IMG/VR virus record: IMGVR_UViG_3300033153_003354
Location: 1 to 64,000 of that record
Source: a virus
Length of the DNA stretch: 64,000 nt
Direction: 5' to 3' (one strand)
Under the pieces are notes generated by a model. The model did no database searches, was not told the DNA's origin, and saw only the letters and a program-made list of their open reading frames with translations. The stretch's first letter is position 1. Every line of letters starts with the position of its first letter. Below are positions 27,940 through 37,662 of this stretch, one piece after another. The translations under genes and the position numbers were made by a program.

Positions 27940-30516
27940 TTATCTCCCTATATTTCCTAGTCCTCTTTTCTTTTTTCTATTTACATCTTCGGCTATTTTA
28001 TCACCTAGTTTTTCAATATCTGTGTTATTATCCAAGGATTTTACATTTATTTCCACTTTAATAGTATCATGAGAATCTATTGTTTGTGTTGTTGATGGTG
28101 AAGTCAATGGAACATTAACACCATAACCAATTGGTTGTGGCATTATTGTCATTTCCATTCCAGTAGATATAGCACCCAAAGTATTAAATAGTTGTGGTAA
28201 CGCAGAAGTTATTCCTTGTGTAAAAAATTCCATCATGTCTGATCCTTCTTTAACTTTTTGTCTATCATTTGATGGTTTATCATAATCCATAACATTACCA
28301 ATTGATCCACCAATTTTAGATAATACATTTTCCAATCTATGAAATGGTTTCAACATACCATCTATGAAATTATCAAGCAAATCTTTTCCCCAATCAAATG
28401 CACTATCTACCATATCTGTAAACACATTTCCAACAGTAATCCAAAATCCTGTTATTTTATCTCCTAACCAGAATATTGAATCTCCAACAGATAACAACAC
28501 ATTTCTTGCAATTTCACCAAACCATTCAAACATATTACCAAGGATTGACATTATATCGTTCCATTCTTTTATAATGATTATAATTGACCATAATGGTCCA
28601 CCAATCAGGAACAAAAGAATTTTTGATAATGCCTGGTTTCCACCAGTTAATTTATTTGTTATATTAACTAGATCATCATACCAAACCCACATTATTGCAA
28701 ATATTGCAATCAATGCAACAAGTGCTAAAACTGTTGCTCCTATGGGATTTGCTAGCATTGCAAAATTTAAATTCCATTGTAAACCAGTTGTTACCTTTGT
28801 TGATATTCCTAATGCAATCATTCCTCCTTCAACTGCTTTTATTAATGATAAAATTCCCATTGCGCCCTTTAATCCAATATATGAATACATTAATAATTCA
28901 ACAGCTCCTTCATGTTCATTAATCCATTTTGTTAATGGTCTAATCGCCCTTGATATATCTATTATGGCAGTTGCAAATGCAACAAATAATGGAATTCCAA
29001 CCTCTTGAATCAATGGAAACAAGTCTTCTTCCATTATTGGCATTAATTCTTCAAGTGCAGGAAATAGTGCTTCACCAATTGATATTTGTAATGCTTCTAC
29101 TGCTGACGTGAATTTTTTCATTCTTAACCCAGCACCATCTTCCATTATTTTAAATGTTTTATCTGCTACACCAGCAGAATTTTCTAAATCTTCAGTAAAA
29201 CCAGCAATTGCATCTGATCCGGTTCCATATGCTTCTATTGTTGCACTCATCATAACTTGCATTGCAGCCAAGGATCGAACATTAAATATTGTTCTCAATG
29301 ATTGTGTTTCTTCTGCAACAGACAAATCTTCCATTGCAGTTGTAAAGTTACGAACAATCTCGGATAAAGGAAGGAGTTCTCCTTTTAAAGAATTAAATTC
29401 TGCTTCATTTTCCTTGATTGTTTCTTTTTGTGTATCCATTGATCTTGTATTTTCTTCAATTACTATTCTTGCTTCATCTCGTTCTATAGATAATTCTGTT
29501 TCAGATTCTCTTAATCTATTATTTTGAATTTCTAAACTTCGTATTTTTCTTTCTTCTGACGCTGTTAATTCTCTATTTGATTCCATTGCATCATTACGAA
29601 TTTTCATTATTTCTAAACTATTTTTTTTCTGATCGAGTGCAAGTTTAGACATAGCATCATCCAAATCTTTGGTTGCATTTTCTAAATCTTCTGTTGCCAT
29701 TTTTGTTTCATCTAATCTTATTCTATTTTGTCTTAATGTTGTTTGAACATCTCTTGCTGCACCATCTAATACAAACAATTCTATATTTAATTTATCAATC
29801 ATTGCTGCTGCACCACCAGACGGAGCTTGTAATGATAATAAAATTTGTCGCAACATAACACCAGAACGAGATCCTTTGATACCAGCATTTCCCAATATAC
29901 CAATGACTGCTGCTACTTCTTCGAGTGATATACCAGCATTTCTAGCAATAGGAGCAATGTAACTCATGGATTGTGCTAATTCGCCCATTGTTACATTAGA
30001 TGAAGTAAATGCTAATGCCATAACATCAACAACGTGTGCCATATTTTCTGCATCAAGACCAAATCCTCTTAATACATTAGCAGAAAAATTAGCAGCTTCG
30101 CTCATACTCATCATACCAATTTGTGCAAGTTTTAAAACTTGTGGTGTTGATATTAAAACTTCATTAACTTCAAATCCAGCAAACGATAAAATTTTCATGG
30201 ATTCAGCAGCTTCTGTTGCAGTAAAAGCACCCATTGTTGCCCCCAACTTTTTGGCCAATCCATCTAATTGAGCAAATTCTCCTGATGTTGCACCAGTAGT
30301 TGCTTGAACTGCTTGCATCTGATTACTATAATTTCCCCAAAGCTGAATACTTTCTTTCAAAAAACTAAATGCTGCTAATACAGCTAATCCCTTTAATTGT
30401 GCAGAAACCTTGGAAATTGCTGAACCAAATCCTTTTAATCCACCATCAGCTTTGTTGAAAGCATCTGCTCCCTTGAATACAGTAGAAATTATCAAAGCAA
30501 GTTTAAGATCGGTCAT
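27940..30516 (-). CDS. tape measure protein (TP901 family)
   Basis: FTATEAA, LGNAGIKGSRSG, ANPIG; follows the chaperone genes. Confidence 0.92.
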   Translation of the reverse strand: MTDLKLALIISTVFKGADAFNKADGGLKGFGSAISKVSAQLKGLAVLAAFSFLKESIQLWGNYSNQMQAVQATTGATSGEFAQLDGLAKKLGATMGAFTATEAAESMKILSFAGFEVNEVLISTPQVLKLAQIGMMSMSEAANFSANVLRGFGLDAENMAHVVDVMALAFTSSNVTMGELAQSMSYIAPIARNAGISLEEVAAVIGILGNAGIKGSRSGVMLRQILLSLQAPSGGAAAMIDKLNIELFVLDGAARDVQTTLRQNRIRLDETKMATEDLENATKDLDDAMSKLALDQKKNSLEIMKIRNDAMESNRELTASEERKIRSLEIQNNRLRESETELSIERDEARIVIEENTRSMDTQKETIKENEAEFNSLKGELLPLSEIVRNFTTAMEDLSVAEETQSLRTIFNVRSLAAMQVMMSATIEAYGTGSDAIAGFTEDLENSAGVADKTFKIMEDGAGLRMKKFTSAVEALQISIGEALFPALEELMPIMEEDLFPLIQEVGIPLFVAFATAIIDISRAIRPLTKWINEHEGAVELLMYSYIGLKGAMGILSLIKAVEGGMIALGISTKVTTGLQWNLNFAMLANPIGATVLALVALIAIFAIMWVWYDDLVNITNKLTGGNQALSKILLFLIGGPLWSIIIIIKEWNDIMSILGNMFEWFGEIARNVLLSVGDSIFWLGDKITGFWITVGNVFTDMVDSAFDWGKDLLDNFIDGMLKPFHRLENVLSKIGGSIGNVMDYDKPSNDRQKVKEGSDMMEFFTQGITSALPQLFNTLGAISTGMEMTIMPQPIGYGVNVPLTSPSTTQTIDSHDTIKVEINVKSLDNNTDIEKLGDKIAEDVNRKKKRGLGNIGR

Positions 30517-30719
30517 TATTTACCTCCCTTGTTTTGTTGTTTTTTGATTTCTCTTGCTTTGGTGTGTTCTATTGTGTTGTGTATATACAGTAATATATCT
30601 ACTTTACATAGGGGTTGTTCTTCGGCTACGTCTATTGACCAACCGAATTTCTCGCACAAGAGGTACAAGTCAATTTCTGGATGGTGTTTCCCTCGTTTTA
30701 TTGCTGATACCAGTTTTTT
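30516..30719 (-). CDS. tail assembly chaperone gpT part, via -1 frameshift
   Basis: A AAA AAC at 30719-30713; -1 frame reads LVSAIKRGKHHPEIDLYLLCEKFGWS... to a TAA overlapping the TMP ATG. Confidence 0.8.
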   Translation of the reverse strand, partial: KKLVSAIKRGKHHPEIDLYLLCEKFGWSIDVAEEQPLCKVDILLYIHNTIEHTKAREIKKQQNKGGK

Positions 30720-31180
30720 CGGTCTGCCAGGGATAACATTCCTTCCTTTATTGCGAAAATTCCAGGTTGCATCAATTTTATAGCGTCTGTATATTCAAGT
30801 TCCTCTTCAAGAACAGTTGCATTGATTGTTTTGAATGGAGATTCTTTTAATGTACACAATAAAATTTCAGTCAATAGATCAGATACCTTTTCAATATCAT
30901 TATTAGAAGATAAAATTTCCTTTTCCGTTTCTGAAAACTTATCTTCATCAACAGTATCTAACTCATCAACATCAACACCATGAGTATCCGCAATCATTTT
31001 TAATTGTTTTGTTGTTTCGGGACTTGGTTGTATAGATTTTAGAATCTTCGCAACCAATTTTCTATGTTTCAACTTTGGTCGTCCAAAAACAAAATCACCC
31101 ACGTTTGGTAATGTAACATGAATGTTTCCATTTTCATCGGTTTTCCAATCTTCTTTTATTTCAGTTACTTCATCAGTCAT
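30698..31180 (-). CDS. tail assembly chaperone gpG
   Basis: Located between tail tube and TMP genes; slippery site at 3' end. Confidence 0.8.
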   Translation of the reverse strand: MTDEVTEIKEDWKTDENGNIHVTLPNVGDFVFGRPKLKHRKLVAKILKSIQPSPETTKQLKMIADTHGVDVDELDTVDEDKFSETEKEILSSNNDIEKVSDLLTEILLCTLKESPFKTINATVLEEELEYTDAIKLMQPGIFAIKEGMLSLADRKNWYQQ

Positions 31181-31193
31181 TTATTTATCCTCC

Positions 31194-32390
31194 TTACCAA
31201 CCAGCAGGAACATCAAACATTTTAATGTCTTTTGCTGTATAATCCAAAGATTCATCTATTAAATCTGCTTCTGTAAGTGGTGGCGGTGTTCCAGAATTCC
31301 ATTTTGCATATGTTGGACACACTAATTTTAATTGTCCAAGTTCAATGAAAACATGAAAATCTTCATTGTTATACAGTTGTGTGAATTGTTCTATTCCAGT
31401 AAAGTTTAATGTTAAACTTCCAGTAACATCAAATCCTTGAACTCGAATTTCACCAGGAACCGATAATCCATTATCTAAATGGTATCTTCCAAGAGTGTTG
31501 TTGTTTCCTGCAATTGTATATGCAGAAGCATTTATAAATTTATCAATATAATGGTATGTAACTAAAACAGTAGTAGCTCCACCAGGTGGTGCAGATAATG
31601 TAATTGTATTATCTGTAATATCTGTAACTGTAGCTGGTGTTCCATCTACTGTAACTGTAATATCTGTAACTTGTGCATCCGTTGGATCTGCTTCACTTAA
31701 AGCCCAATTCATTGGATCATTTACAACATCACATGAAGATTCCGATCCAGTAAATTGTGAACTTACATCTTCATTTTGAATCCGTCTTGTAATTTTGATC
31801 GCACCTTCATAGAACATTAATACTCCACAATCGGGTTTGAGTGGCATTGCACCAACAACAACACTCTGATAATCAGCATAAGTTACTGTATCACTTGGTT
31901 CCATATAAACACCAACAACTTCTTCGGAGAATTTCACAGATTCATCCAAAGAACATTCTATTGTCCATGAAACAGTTTTGCATCCATTAAACAAAAAATG
32001 TCTTTCTTTTGCGTTTGGTGCAACTCTATTCCAAACAAGTTCAATTGAATTTGATGGAAGATAATTTAATCTTTCTGTTGCACTACCAATCATATATGCG
32101 ATTCTATTCATGTTGGTGGGCCAATATGAAATAGACAACATAGATTCATATCTACCATGATTAATACAATTTATTGTTCTTCCGCCAACTCCACGTTTTG
32201 TTGAATTATTTGGATTAAAATTTGGGGTAGCATTTTCTACCAATCCAAACGACCAAAACCGTTTTGTTCCATCACTATCATCATACTCCGTTCCCGGAGT
32301 CACATCTGGAGTCACTGCACAGTCTGTTTCGGGAACGTATCCTATCATTCCGTCAAAACCAGCAAATGACTCAACACATCCTTCTGCCAT
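31194..32390 (-). CDS. major tail tube protein with inserted Ig-like domain
   Basis: Position; GYVPET...TP, FNGCK motifs; VTVDG..TVT...TITLS insert. Confidence 0.78.
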   Translation of the reverse strand: MAEGCVESFAGFDGMIGYVPETDCAVTPDVTPGTEYDDSDGTKRFWSFGLVENATPNFNPNNSTKRGVGGRTINCINHGRYESMLSISYWPTNMNRIAYMIGSATERLNYLPSNSIELVWNRVAPNAKERHFLFNGCKTVSWTIECSLDESVKFSEEVVGVYMEPSDTVTYADYQSVVVGAMPLKPDCGVLMFYEGAIKITRRIQNEDVSSQFTGSESSCDVVNDPMNWALSEADPTDAQVTDITVTVDGTPATVTDITDNTITLSAPPGGATTVLVTYHYIDKFINASAYTIAGNNNTLGRYHLDNGLSVPGEIRVQGFDVTGSLTLNFTGIEQFTQLYNNEDFHVFIELGQLKLVCPTYAKWNSGTPPPLTEADLIDESLDYTAKDIKMFDVPAGW

Positions 32391-32391
32391 T

Positions 32392-32643
32392 TTATTCTAC
32401 CTCCTCATCGGATTTTTCCTTTTTGGGTTTTTTCTTTTTTGGTTTTTTAGAAGTTTTCTCTTCTTTTGGTACTGGTTTTTCTCCTGCACCAGATTCTATC
32501 TTTGGTTTTTCTTTTCTAAAACCAAGTTTAAGTTCTATTTGTTCTATTCTCGATTCTAAATTTTTCTTTTGTTCTTTATCAACAGTTGTATTTAATGTAA
32601 ATCTCAATCGTTGCAACTGTTGAATATCGTGTTGTTTCGTCAT
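32392..32643 (-). CDS. hypothetical Lys/Glu-rich protein
   Basis: In operon, with GGAGG RBS. Confidence 0.55.
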   Translation of the reverse strand: MTKQHDIQQLQRLRFTLNTTVDKEQKKNLESRIEQIELKLGFRKEKPKIESGAGEKPVPKEEKTSKKPKKKKPKKEKSDEEVE

Positions 32644-33134
32644 GTTCCTCCCTCCGAATTTCTTTTAACTAGAAGTGTAATTATACATTCACTGATTACT
32701 ATTTCATTTTCCATGAATGGATTAAATTCAACATTTGTTACAGATGTACTAATTACACATACCAAACCTAATCTTCTATTATTACGAATTAATCTTTGAA
32801 CAACTTCAGCAAAACATTCTAGTTCTTCTAATTTATATCTCATTAAATGTTTTGCATAATATGTAATCCTGATTTGAATATTTGCACGATCTGTGTTTGC
32901 TGGTGCTCTTTCTGGTGTATCGTTTTCCGAACCTGTAAATACAGTTGGAAATTGTTCATCTGATACTACCAAAACAGGGTCATCAAACCATGTACTAACA
33001 TGGTCTAATTCACCAGATTCTTTCATTAATGTTATAAGTGCTTGTCGAATGGGTTTGTAATATGTGCTAACCAAAGATGATTGATAACCATCTTCTGGTG
33101 GTGTTGCATCTGGATCTTCAATCAGTTTCGGCAT
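32640..33134 (-). CDS. putative tail terminator
   Basis: Synteny and size. Confidence 0.5.
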   Translation of the reverse strand: MPKLIEDPDATPPEDGYQSSLVSTYYKPIRQALITLMKESGELDHVSTWFDDPVLVVSDEQFPTVFTGSENDTPERAPANTDRANIQIRITYYAKHLMRYKLEELECFAEVVQRLIRNNRRLGLVCVISTSVTNVEFNPFMENEIVISECIITLLVKRNSEGGT

Positions 33135-33669
33135 TTTTCTTGGCCTCCTTTGTTACATCATTTATATACCAATCAACAGTTTTTTCAATTTGTTTGAGAT
33201 CTTTATTATTAAGATAAAAGAATTTTCTTGCTGGCACATTGATGTTTTTCTTGAATGGACTCAATGTAACCCCTTGATGTTTGAACCATCCCCACATTTT
33301 TGGGGTAACTGGAATTGTTGCACCATAATTTTGTGCTCTTGCATATTTAACTCTTGTTCCAAAATGAAATCTGGTTTTATATTTCCTTCTAAATCTCCAC
33401 TTTCCATTTGATAAACCTAAAGACCCTTTCAACATACCACTATCAACCAATGGTTTATGTTTTTGTTTTGCAATTAAATTTGTAATTGGATTAAGTGCCA
33501 ACCATTTTTCTGGATTTTCAAACCTTCTCATAAATATCTGTTGCAAGGTTATTTGTACTGTTGGCCATGCACCACGAAAATCTTTTAAATTATCTTCGGT
33601 CAGTTTTATCGTCTTTAAGGCCGTTTCTTCGCCTTCCAGGGTTATACTCATGTCAGGCATCTTCAACAT
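33118..33669 (-). CDS. virion morphogenesis/tail completion protein (Mu gpG-like)
   Basis: PLVDSGML, GTRVKYARAQNYG, VPARKF. Confidence 0.8.
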   Translation of the reverse strand: MLKMPDMSITLEGEETALKTIKLTEDNLKDFRGAWPTVQITLQQIFMRRFENPEKWLALNPITNLIAKQKHKPLVDSGMLKGSLGLSNGKWRFRRKYKTRFHFGTRVKYARAQNYGATIPVTPKMWGWFKHQGVTLSPFKKNINVPARKFFYLNNKDLKQIEKTVDWYINDVTKEAKKNAETD

Positions 33670-34211
33670 CCATAAATTGCACGCAAGAGTGACCAGTAGT
33701 CATATATTCCTAATCCATCTATTCCCTCAACTGATTCCAATCCATCCATTCCATGTACAGATTCGACAAAAGCAGCATCTTTGTATGGTCCAAGATCAAA
33801 TATTGCCATTGTATGTTGAGTGTTTGTTATAATTGATGGGGTTGAATTCAGTACAACTTGACCAGGAAGGTTTTCTTCACCTTCTGCTAATCTTTTAAGT
33901 TGTGCCATAGATTTATCAAAAAGAATTTTTCCATATGGTGTTTCATTTGGACTCATTCCGGTATAAACTTTAGCAAGGATAATTGATGCTGCCAAATCTG
34001 AACACAACCATCTTATCTTTGGTGGTATGTTCCCATAAGTGAATGGAACTGCATATGTATCATACAAAAAAGAATCTATTTCTGCCTGTGCATTTAATAT
34101 CGCAAGGATAAAATCATCCGGTGATGATTCATCAATTTTAAGATTGGCTTTCCATCTTGCATCTGATGTAGTACAATAATATGCTTCTTCAATTAAATCC
34201 ATTTCAGGCAA
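33663..34211 (-). CDS. head-tail adaptor (Mu gp36-like)
   Basis: YCT..D, AEIDSFL..Y.VP, LKRLAEG. Confidence 0.75.
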   Translation of the reverse strand: MPEMDLIEEAYYCTTSDARWKANLKIDESSPDDFILAILNAQAEIDSFLYDTYAVPFTYGNIPPKIRWLCSDLAASIILAKVYTGMSPNETPYGKILFDKSMAQLKRLAEGEENLPGQVVLNSTPSIITNTQHTMAIFDLGPYKDAAFVESVHGMDGLESVEGIDGLGIYDYWSLLRAIYGC

Positions 34212-34803
34212 CTATAACACCTACCGAATCTACTCTTTCAAAATTCCATTTATAGAAATTAATTGTATATGTACCAGCTAACAAATAAAGAATGAAATTA
34301 CCATTTGCATCTGATAATGTTTCATCTGCAATATTATCATCTGTATCCATTGCTCTCACACGAACATTTATTACAACAATTCCATCATTTTCTGTTTTTC
34401 CACCAACACCAGTATAATCTTGATTAACTTGTGTTCTTGAACCTTCTGGTGATATTGTTCCAACACCAACAACAGAAATCATAGTATATGCAACGATTGC
34501 ACCAGTTACATTTTCTGTCCAGTTAATTTCTGCTCTATAAAATCCAGGTTCAACAAATTCATCTGAATCATCTTTGGAATCCCAATCAACCTCAAATGAT
34601 GAAACTGAACCAGGATCTGCTAATGTTATTGTTCTAACCAATGCATCTAATGAATCATATATATTAACTGTTATTCCAGATCGTATATCTGTTGATATTC
34701 CAGCAGCACCACCAAAAAATAATACTCTTATTTTGTAAATTGTTGATTCTAGTCCATATGGTATATTCCCTTCTCCTTCTACTTTAAATGATGTAAATGA
34801 CAT
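34204..34803 (-). CDS. Ig-like/beta-sandwich structural protein
   Basis: WDSKDD..FVEPGFY (FlgD-like), SDANGNF...GTY. Confidence 0.6.
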   Translation of the reverse strand: MSFTSFKVEGEGNIPYGLESTIYKIRVLFFGGAAGISTDIRSGITVNIYDSLDALVRTITLADPGSVSSFEVDWDSKDDSDEFVEPGFYRAEINWTENVTGAIVAYTMISVVGVGTISPEGSRTQVNQDYTGVGGKTENDGIVVINVRVRAMDTDDNIADETLSDANGNFILYLLAGTYTINFYKWNFERVDSVGVIVA

Positions 34804-34806
34804 ATT

Positions 34807-35250
34807 TTATCCTCCAAATATTCTTGGTAATGCTTCTGTTATAACAAAATATCCTATTGTTCCTGCTCCGCTTGAACCACTAACTACGATAAATGTAAAT
34901 AAATATGGGTGTCTTTTTGCCCAACCCCATTTTCCATCTAAATCTGGATCTCTATAATGTTCCTTTTCATTGTTCATGTGACCTTCTATTGAATCAGAAA
35001 CCCCTTTATTTATTACTGCTTGTTTCCCTTTATCTTTTTCTGTTTTTAATCTCATATTATCAATTTTAGAATCTTGGTTTTCAGATTTTCTTCGGAGTAT
35101 ATGTATTTCTTGTTTTGATGTTTTACTTACTTCTCCTTGGGCTTTTATGAATGTTTCAAGGGTTCCTTCAATATTGGCAACCGAAGATGATATATCACTT
35201 ATATCCCCTTTCATATCGAGTATTTCTTTTATTGGGTCAACCTTATTCAT
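34807..35250 (-). CDS. coiled-coil protein with C-terminal transmembrane segment (possible lysis protein)
   Basis: Hydrophobic C-terminus. Confidence 0.45.
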   Translation of the reverse strand: MNKVDPIKEILDMKGDISDISSSVANIEGTLETFIKAQGEVSKTSKQEIHILRRKSENQDSKIDNMRLKTEKDKGKQAVINKGVSDSIEGHMNNEKEHYRDPDLDGKWGWAKRHPYLFTFIVVSGSSGAGTIGYFVITEALPRIFGG

Positions 35251-35464
35251 CTTTGTCCACCACTTTAACTTTTAATTGGATTTTTTTATTCCCTGCATTA
35301 AATAATACATAATCATTGAACATTTCAACGTTGTGTATTTTGTCAACTTTCATATCTAATTCTGTTTTTTCTTCCAGTATAATATTCAATGCACCGCCCA
35401 TAATTTCATCTTTGGTTGGTATCCTATGGACATATACTACAAAGTTAACTTCTTCAACATTCAT
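35243..35464 (-). CDS. hypothetical protein
   Basis: Overlapping start/stop codons within the operon. Confidence 0.55.
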   Translation of the reverse strand: MNVEEVNFVVYVHRIPTKDEIMGGALNIILEEKTELDMKVDKIHNVEMFNDYVLFNAGNKKIQLKVKVVDKDE

Positions 35465-36657
35465 TAGCTCACCCCATTTATTTTGGATATATTTCCAGAT
35501 AAAATTGAATTTACTGATGATGGATTTGTAACTCCGTTAACTTTGCCAGTCCATCCTGCCCCTGTTGGTGTATCGTTCCACTCTATCTCTGTGACCGTTG
35601 GTGTGTTGTCCCCGTCACCCACCATGTAAACTTTAATTGTGAAATTTGCATTTACGTCATCAAACGAGCCACTTGTAGGTGTCGTTATTGTTGTTGATGC
35701 TCCTGTGATGATGTTGGTATCGTAAGTTGCCTTGACCACGTCTGAAACGAGCCATTCAATCTTGTCGATGTAGTAAGTTGCAGATAGTCCTGAATGTGTG
35801 ATAATTGAGTTGAGTAATTTGGAGGATGCCGTGATGGTCTGTTCGAGAGATTTCCATAGACCTGTTGAAGTGTGTTGTTTGTTTGAATTGTAAAGTGCGG
35901 TTATTTCTGCCGGTGAAAGTGCCGTGTCGTACATCTTCATTTCATCAATGATACCATCAAAAAATAAATCCTCAGAACCCGCATTATATCTGGCTCCCAT
36001 CGAGCAATGTTCTGTAACATTAGCAATACTCGTTGGCGAACCGTCGCCCGTAACCGTGCCATGCGTAAATGTCTTAGATACCCCATTAACATACAGTGAT
36101 GCCGAGCTTCCGCCACTCCACACTACGGCGACCATCTGCATACTCGTACTCAACTCACCATTCCCACTATCCCAGCGGGCGAAGTTTGTTCCGTCATATA
36201 CCATTAATTTCATACCTGTGAACGGCGAACCAACGCTCGTGTCTACAAGCCCTATACTAAAAGCCCAAGAACTCGATTTTAATTTTCGAAGTATAGCTGC
36301 ATCAGCGGTGAATGTATCGGGTTTAATCCAAAACACCCATGTGGCAGCGGTTTTTCCATCCATACTCGTAATATCACCCATATCAATGATGTCGTCTATC
36401 CCGTCAAAATCAAAAGCACCATCAAATCTTCCTGATGGCGTATAAGTTGCACCACTCACATTACCATCATTGTTTCCAGTTTCGTCTGTGGCATTATTCT
36501 CTAGTCGCCAATACGACATCAAGTTAGCACCTTTCTTTGCATAGGGGAATGATAGTTTCAACTGTCCGGTTGTTACATCATACTCATCTGATGGGTCGGC
36601 TGTGTCGGTGTACGTGCCACCGCTAAAGTCGGTTATCGTTCCACTACCCAAGTTCAA
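35464..36657 (-). CDS. LamG/concanavalin-like domain virion protein
   Basis: YWRLE, FDFDGIDD, WIKP, FDGIIDEMKMYDTALS..EI..LY. Confidence 0.85.
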   Translation of the reverse strand: MNLGSGTITDFSGGTYTDTADPSDEYDVTTGQLKLSFPYAKKGANLMSYWRLENNATDETGNNDGNVSGATYTPSGRFDGAFDFDGIDDIIDMGDITSMDGKTAATWVFWIKPDTFTADAAILRKLKSSSWAFSIGLVDTSVGSPFTGMKLMVYDGTNFARWDSGNGELSTSMQMVAVVWSGGSSASLYVNGVSKTFTHGTVTGDGSPTSIANVTEHCSMGARYNAGSEDLFFDGIIDEMKMYDTALSPAEITALYNSNKQHTSTGLWKSLEQTITASSKLLNSIITHSGLSATYYIDKIEWLVSDVVKATYDTNIITGASTTITTPTSGSFDDVNANFTIKVYMVGDGDNTPTVTEIEWNDTPTGAGWTGKVNGVTNPSSVNSILSGNISKINGVS

Positions 36658-36862
36658 TTACCTCGCATGGTTTATTTTCTTCGTGATAGTGAATGTGTAT
36701 TCTTGCAATATGATCAATGCCTTCAAAAATAGGTTTGTAAATTTCATACCATTCTCGTCCCATCTCTTCATCAACTACCTCTAAACACAACATCTGTGGT
36801 TGTGGTTGTAGTGAATCATCTATACCCAAATTTTCTTTAAATTCCAAATAATATTGCATCAA
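36644..36862 (-). CDS. hypothetical protein
   Basis: GGAGG RBS; in operon. Confidence 0.55.
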   Translation of the reverse strand: MMQYYLEFKENLGIDDSLQPQPQMLCLEVVDEEMGREWYEIYKPIFEGIDHIARIHIHYHEENKPCEVIELG

Positions 36863-36907
36863 ACTTTCCTCCCATCATATTTTTCATTTATTCAACTCCT
36901 TTATTAT

Positions 36908-37633
36908 TTATGCTGACACCTCAACTAAACTTAATCCTGTTCTAAAATCAATTCTGTCAGCATGAGTAGCTATACCAACAACCTGAACTTGATCTCCAGT
37001 AGCAGATGGTGCTGTTTGTGTCATTGCCCCAGGGGTTCCAGAAGCATATAAAATTCCACCAACTGTCCATGCCCATGTATCATCCCTAGCAAAACCAGTT
37101 CGCAAAAATGTTCCAGATGCATCTGCATTTATTGTACCAAGTGCTAAATACATCCCTGGCATTGTTGCAACAGCATTTGCATCCGATTTCCAGTTTTTAC
37201 CATCTGATTTCATGTAACACAATTCACCAAAAACCAAATTTTCTCCTGCTGTAAATGTAACAACATCCCCGGACCATGTATGGTCACTAGATAGGGATTC
37301 AGTTAATGTTCTAAAAAATGTTTTAAGTGTAGATATTAATGTTTTCTTTTTGTTGTTTCCATCTGCTTGATCTTCGATTAAAAGTATATCCGAAGATGTT
37401 ACTGTTGTTTTTTCAGTAACTCCAGCAATTTCTCCTGCAATATTCGTAAAAAAAGCTGTTACATCACTAACTTTTGTAATTAGATTGGCAAGAGTATCAG
37501 AACCATGCTCGGAACCACCAAGATTGTGTGTTTTTGGTGGCTGTGCATCTGCTAATTCACCAGAAAGTCCGGCCACACTAATTTCGTCTTCTCCGCTGTT
37601 TTCATGTTCACTTGCGTGATATTCTTCGTGCAT
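36908..37633 (-). CDS. fibre/capsid-cement-like virion protein
   Basis: HASEHENSGEDEI; TAGENL...G.MTQTAPS..QVVGIA. Confidence 0.6.
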   Translation of the reverse strand: MHEEYHASEHENSGEDEISVAGLSGELADAQPPKTHNLGGSEHGSDTLANLITKVSDVTAFFTNIAGEIAGVTEKTTVTSSDILLIEDQADGNNKKKTLISTLKTFFRTLTESLSSDHTWSGDVVTFTAGENLVFGELCYMKSDGKNWKSDANAVATMPGMYLALGTINADASGTFLRTGFARDDTWAWTVGGILYASGTPGAMTQTAPSATGDQVQVVGIATHADRIDFRTGLSLVEVSA

Positions 37634-37662
37634 GATTCTTCAACTCCTTATTCTACTCTATT

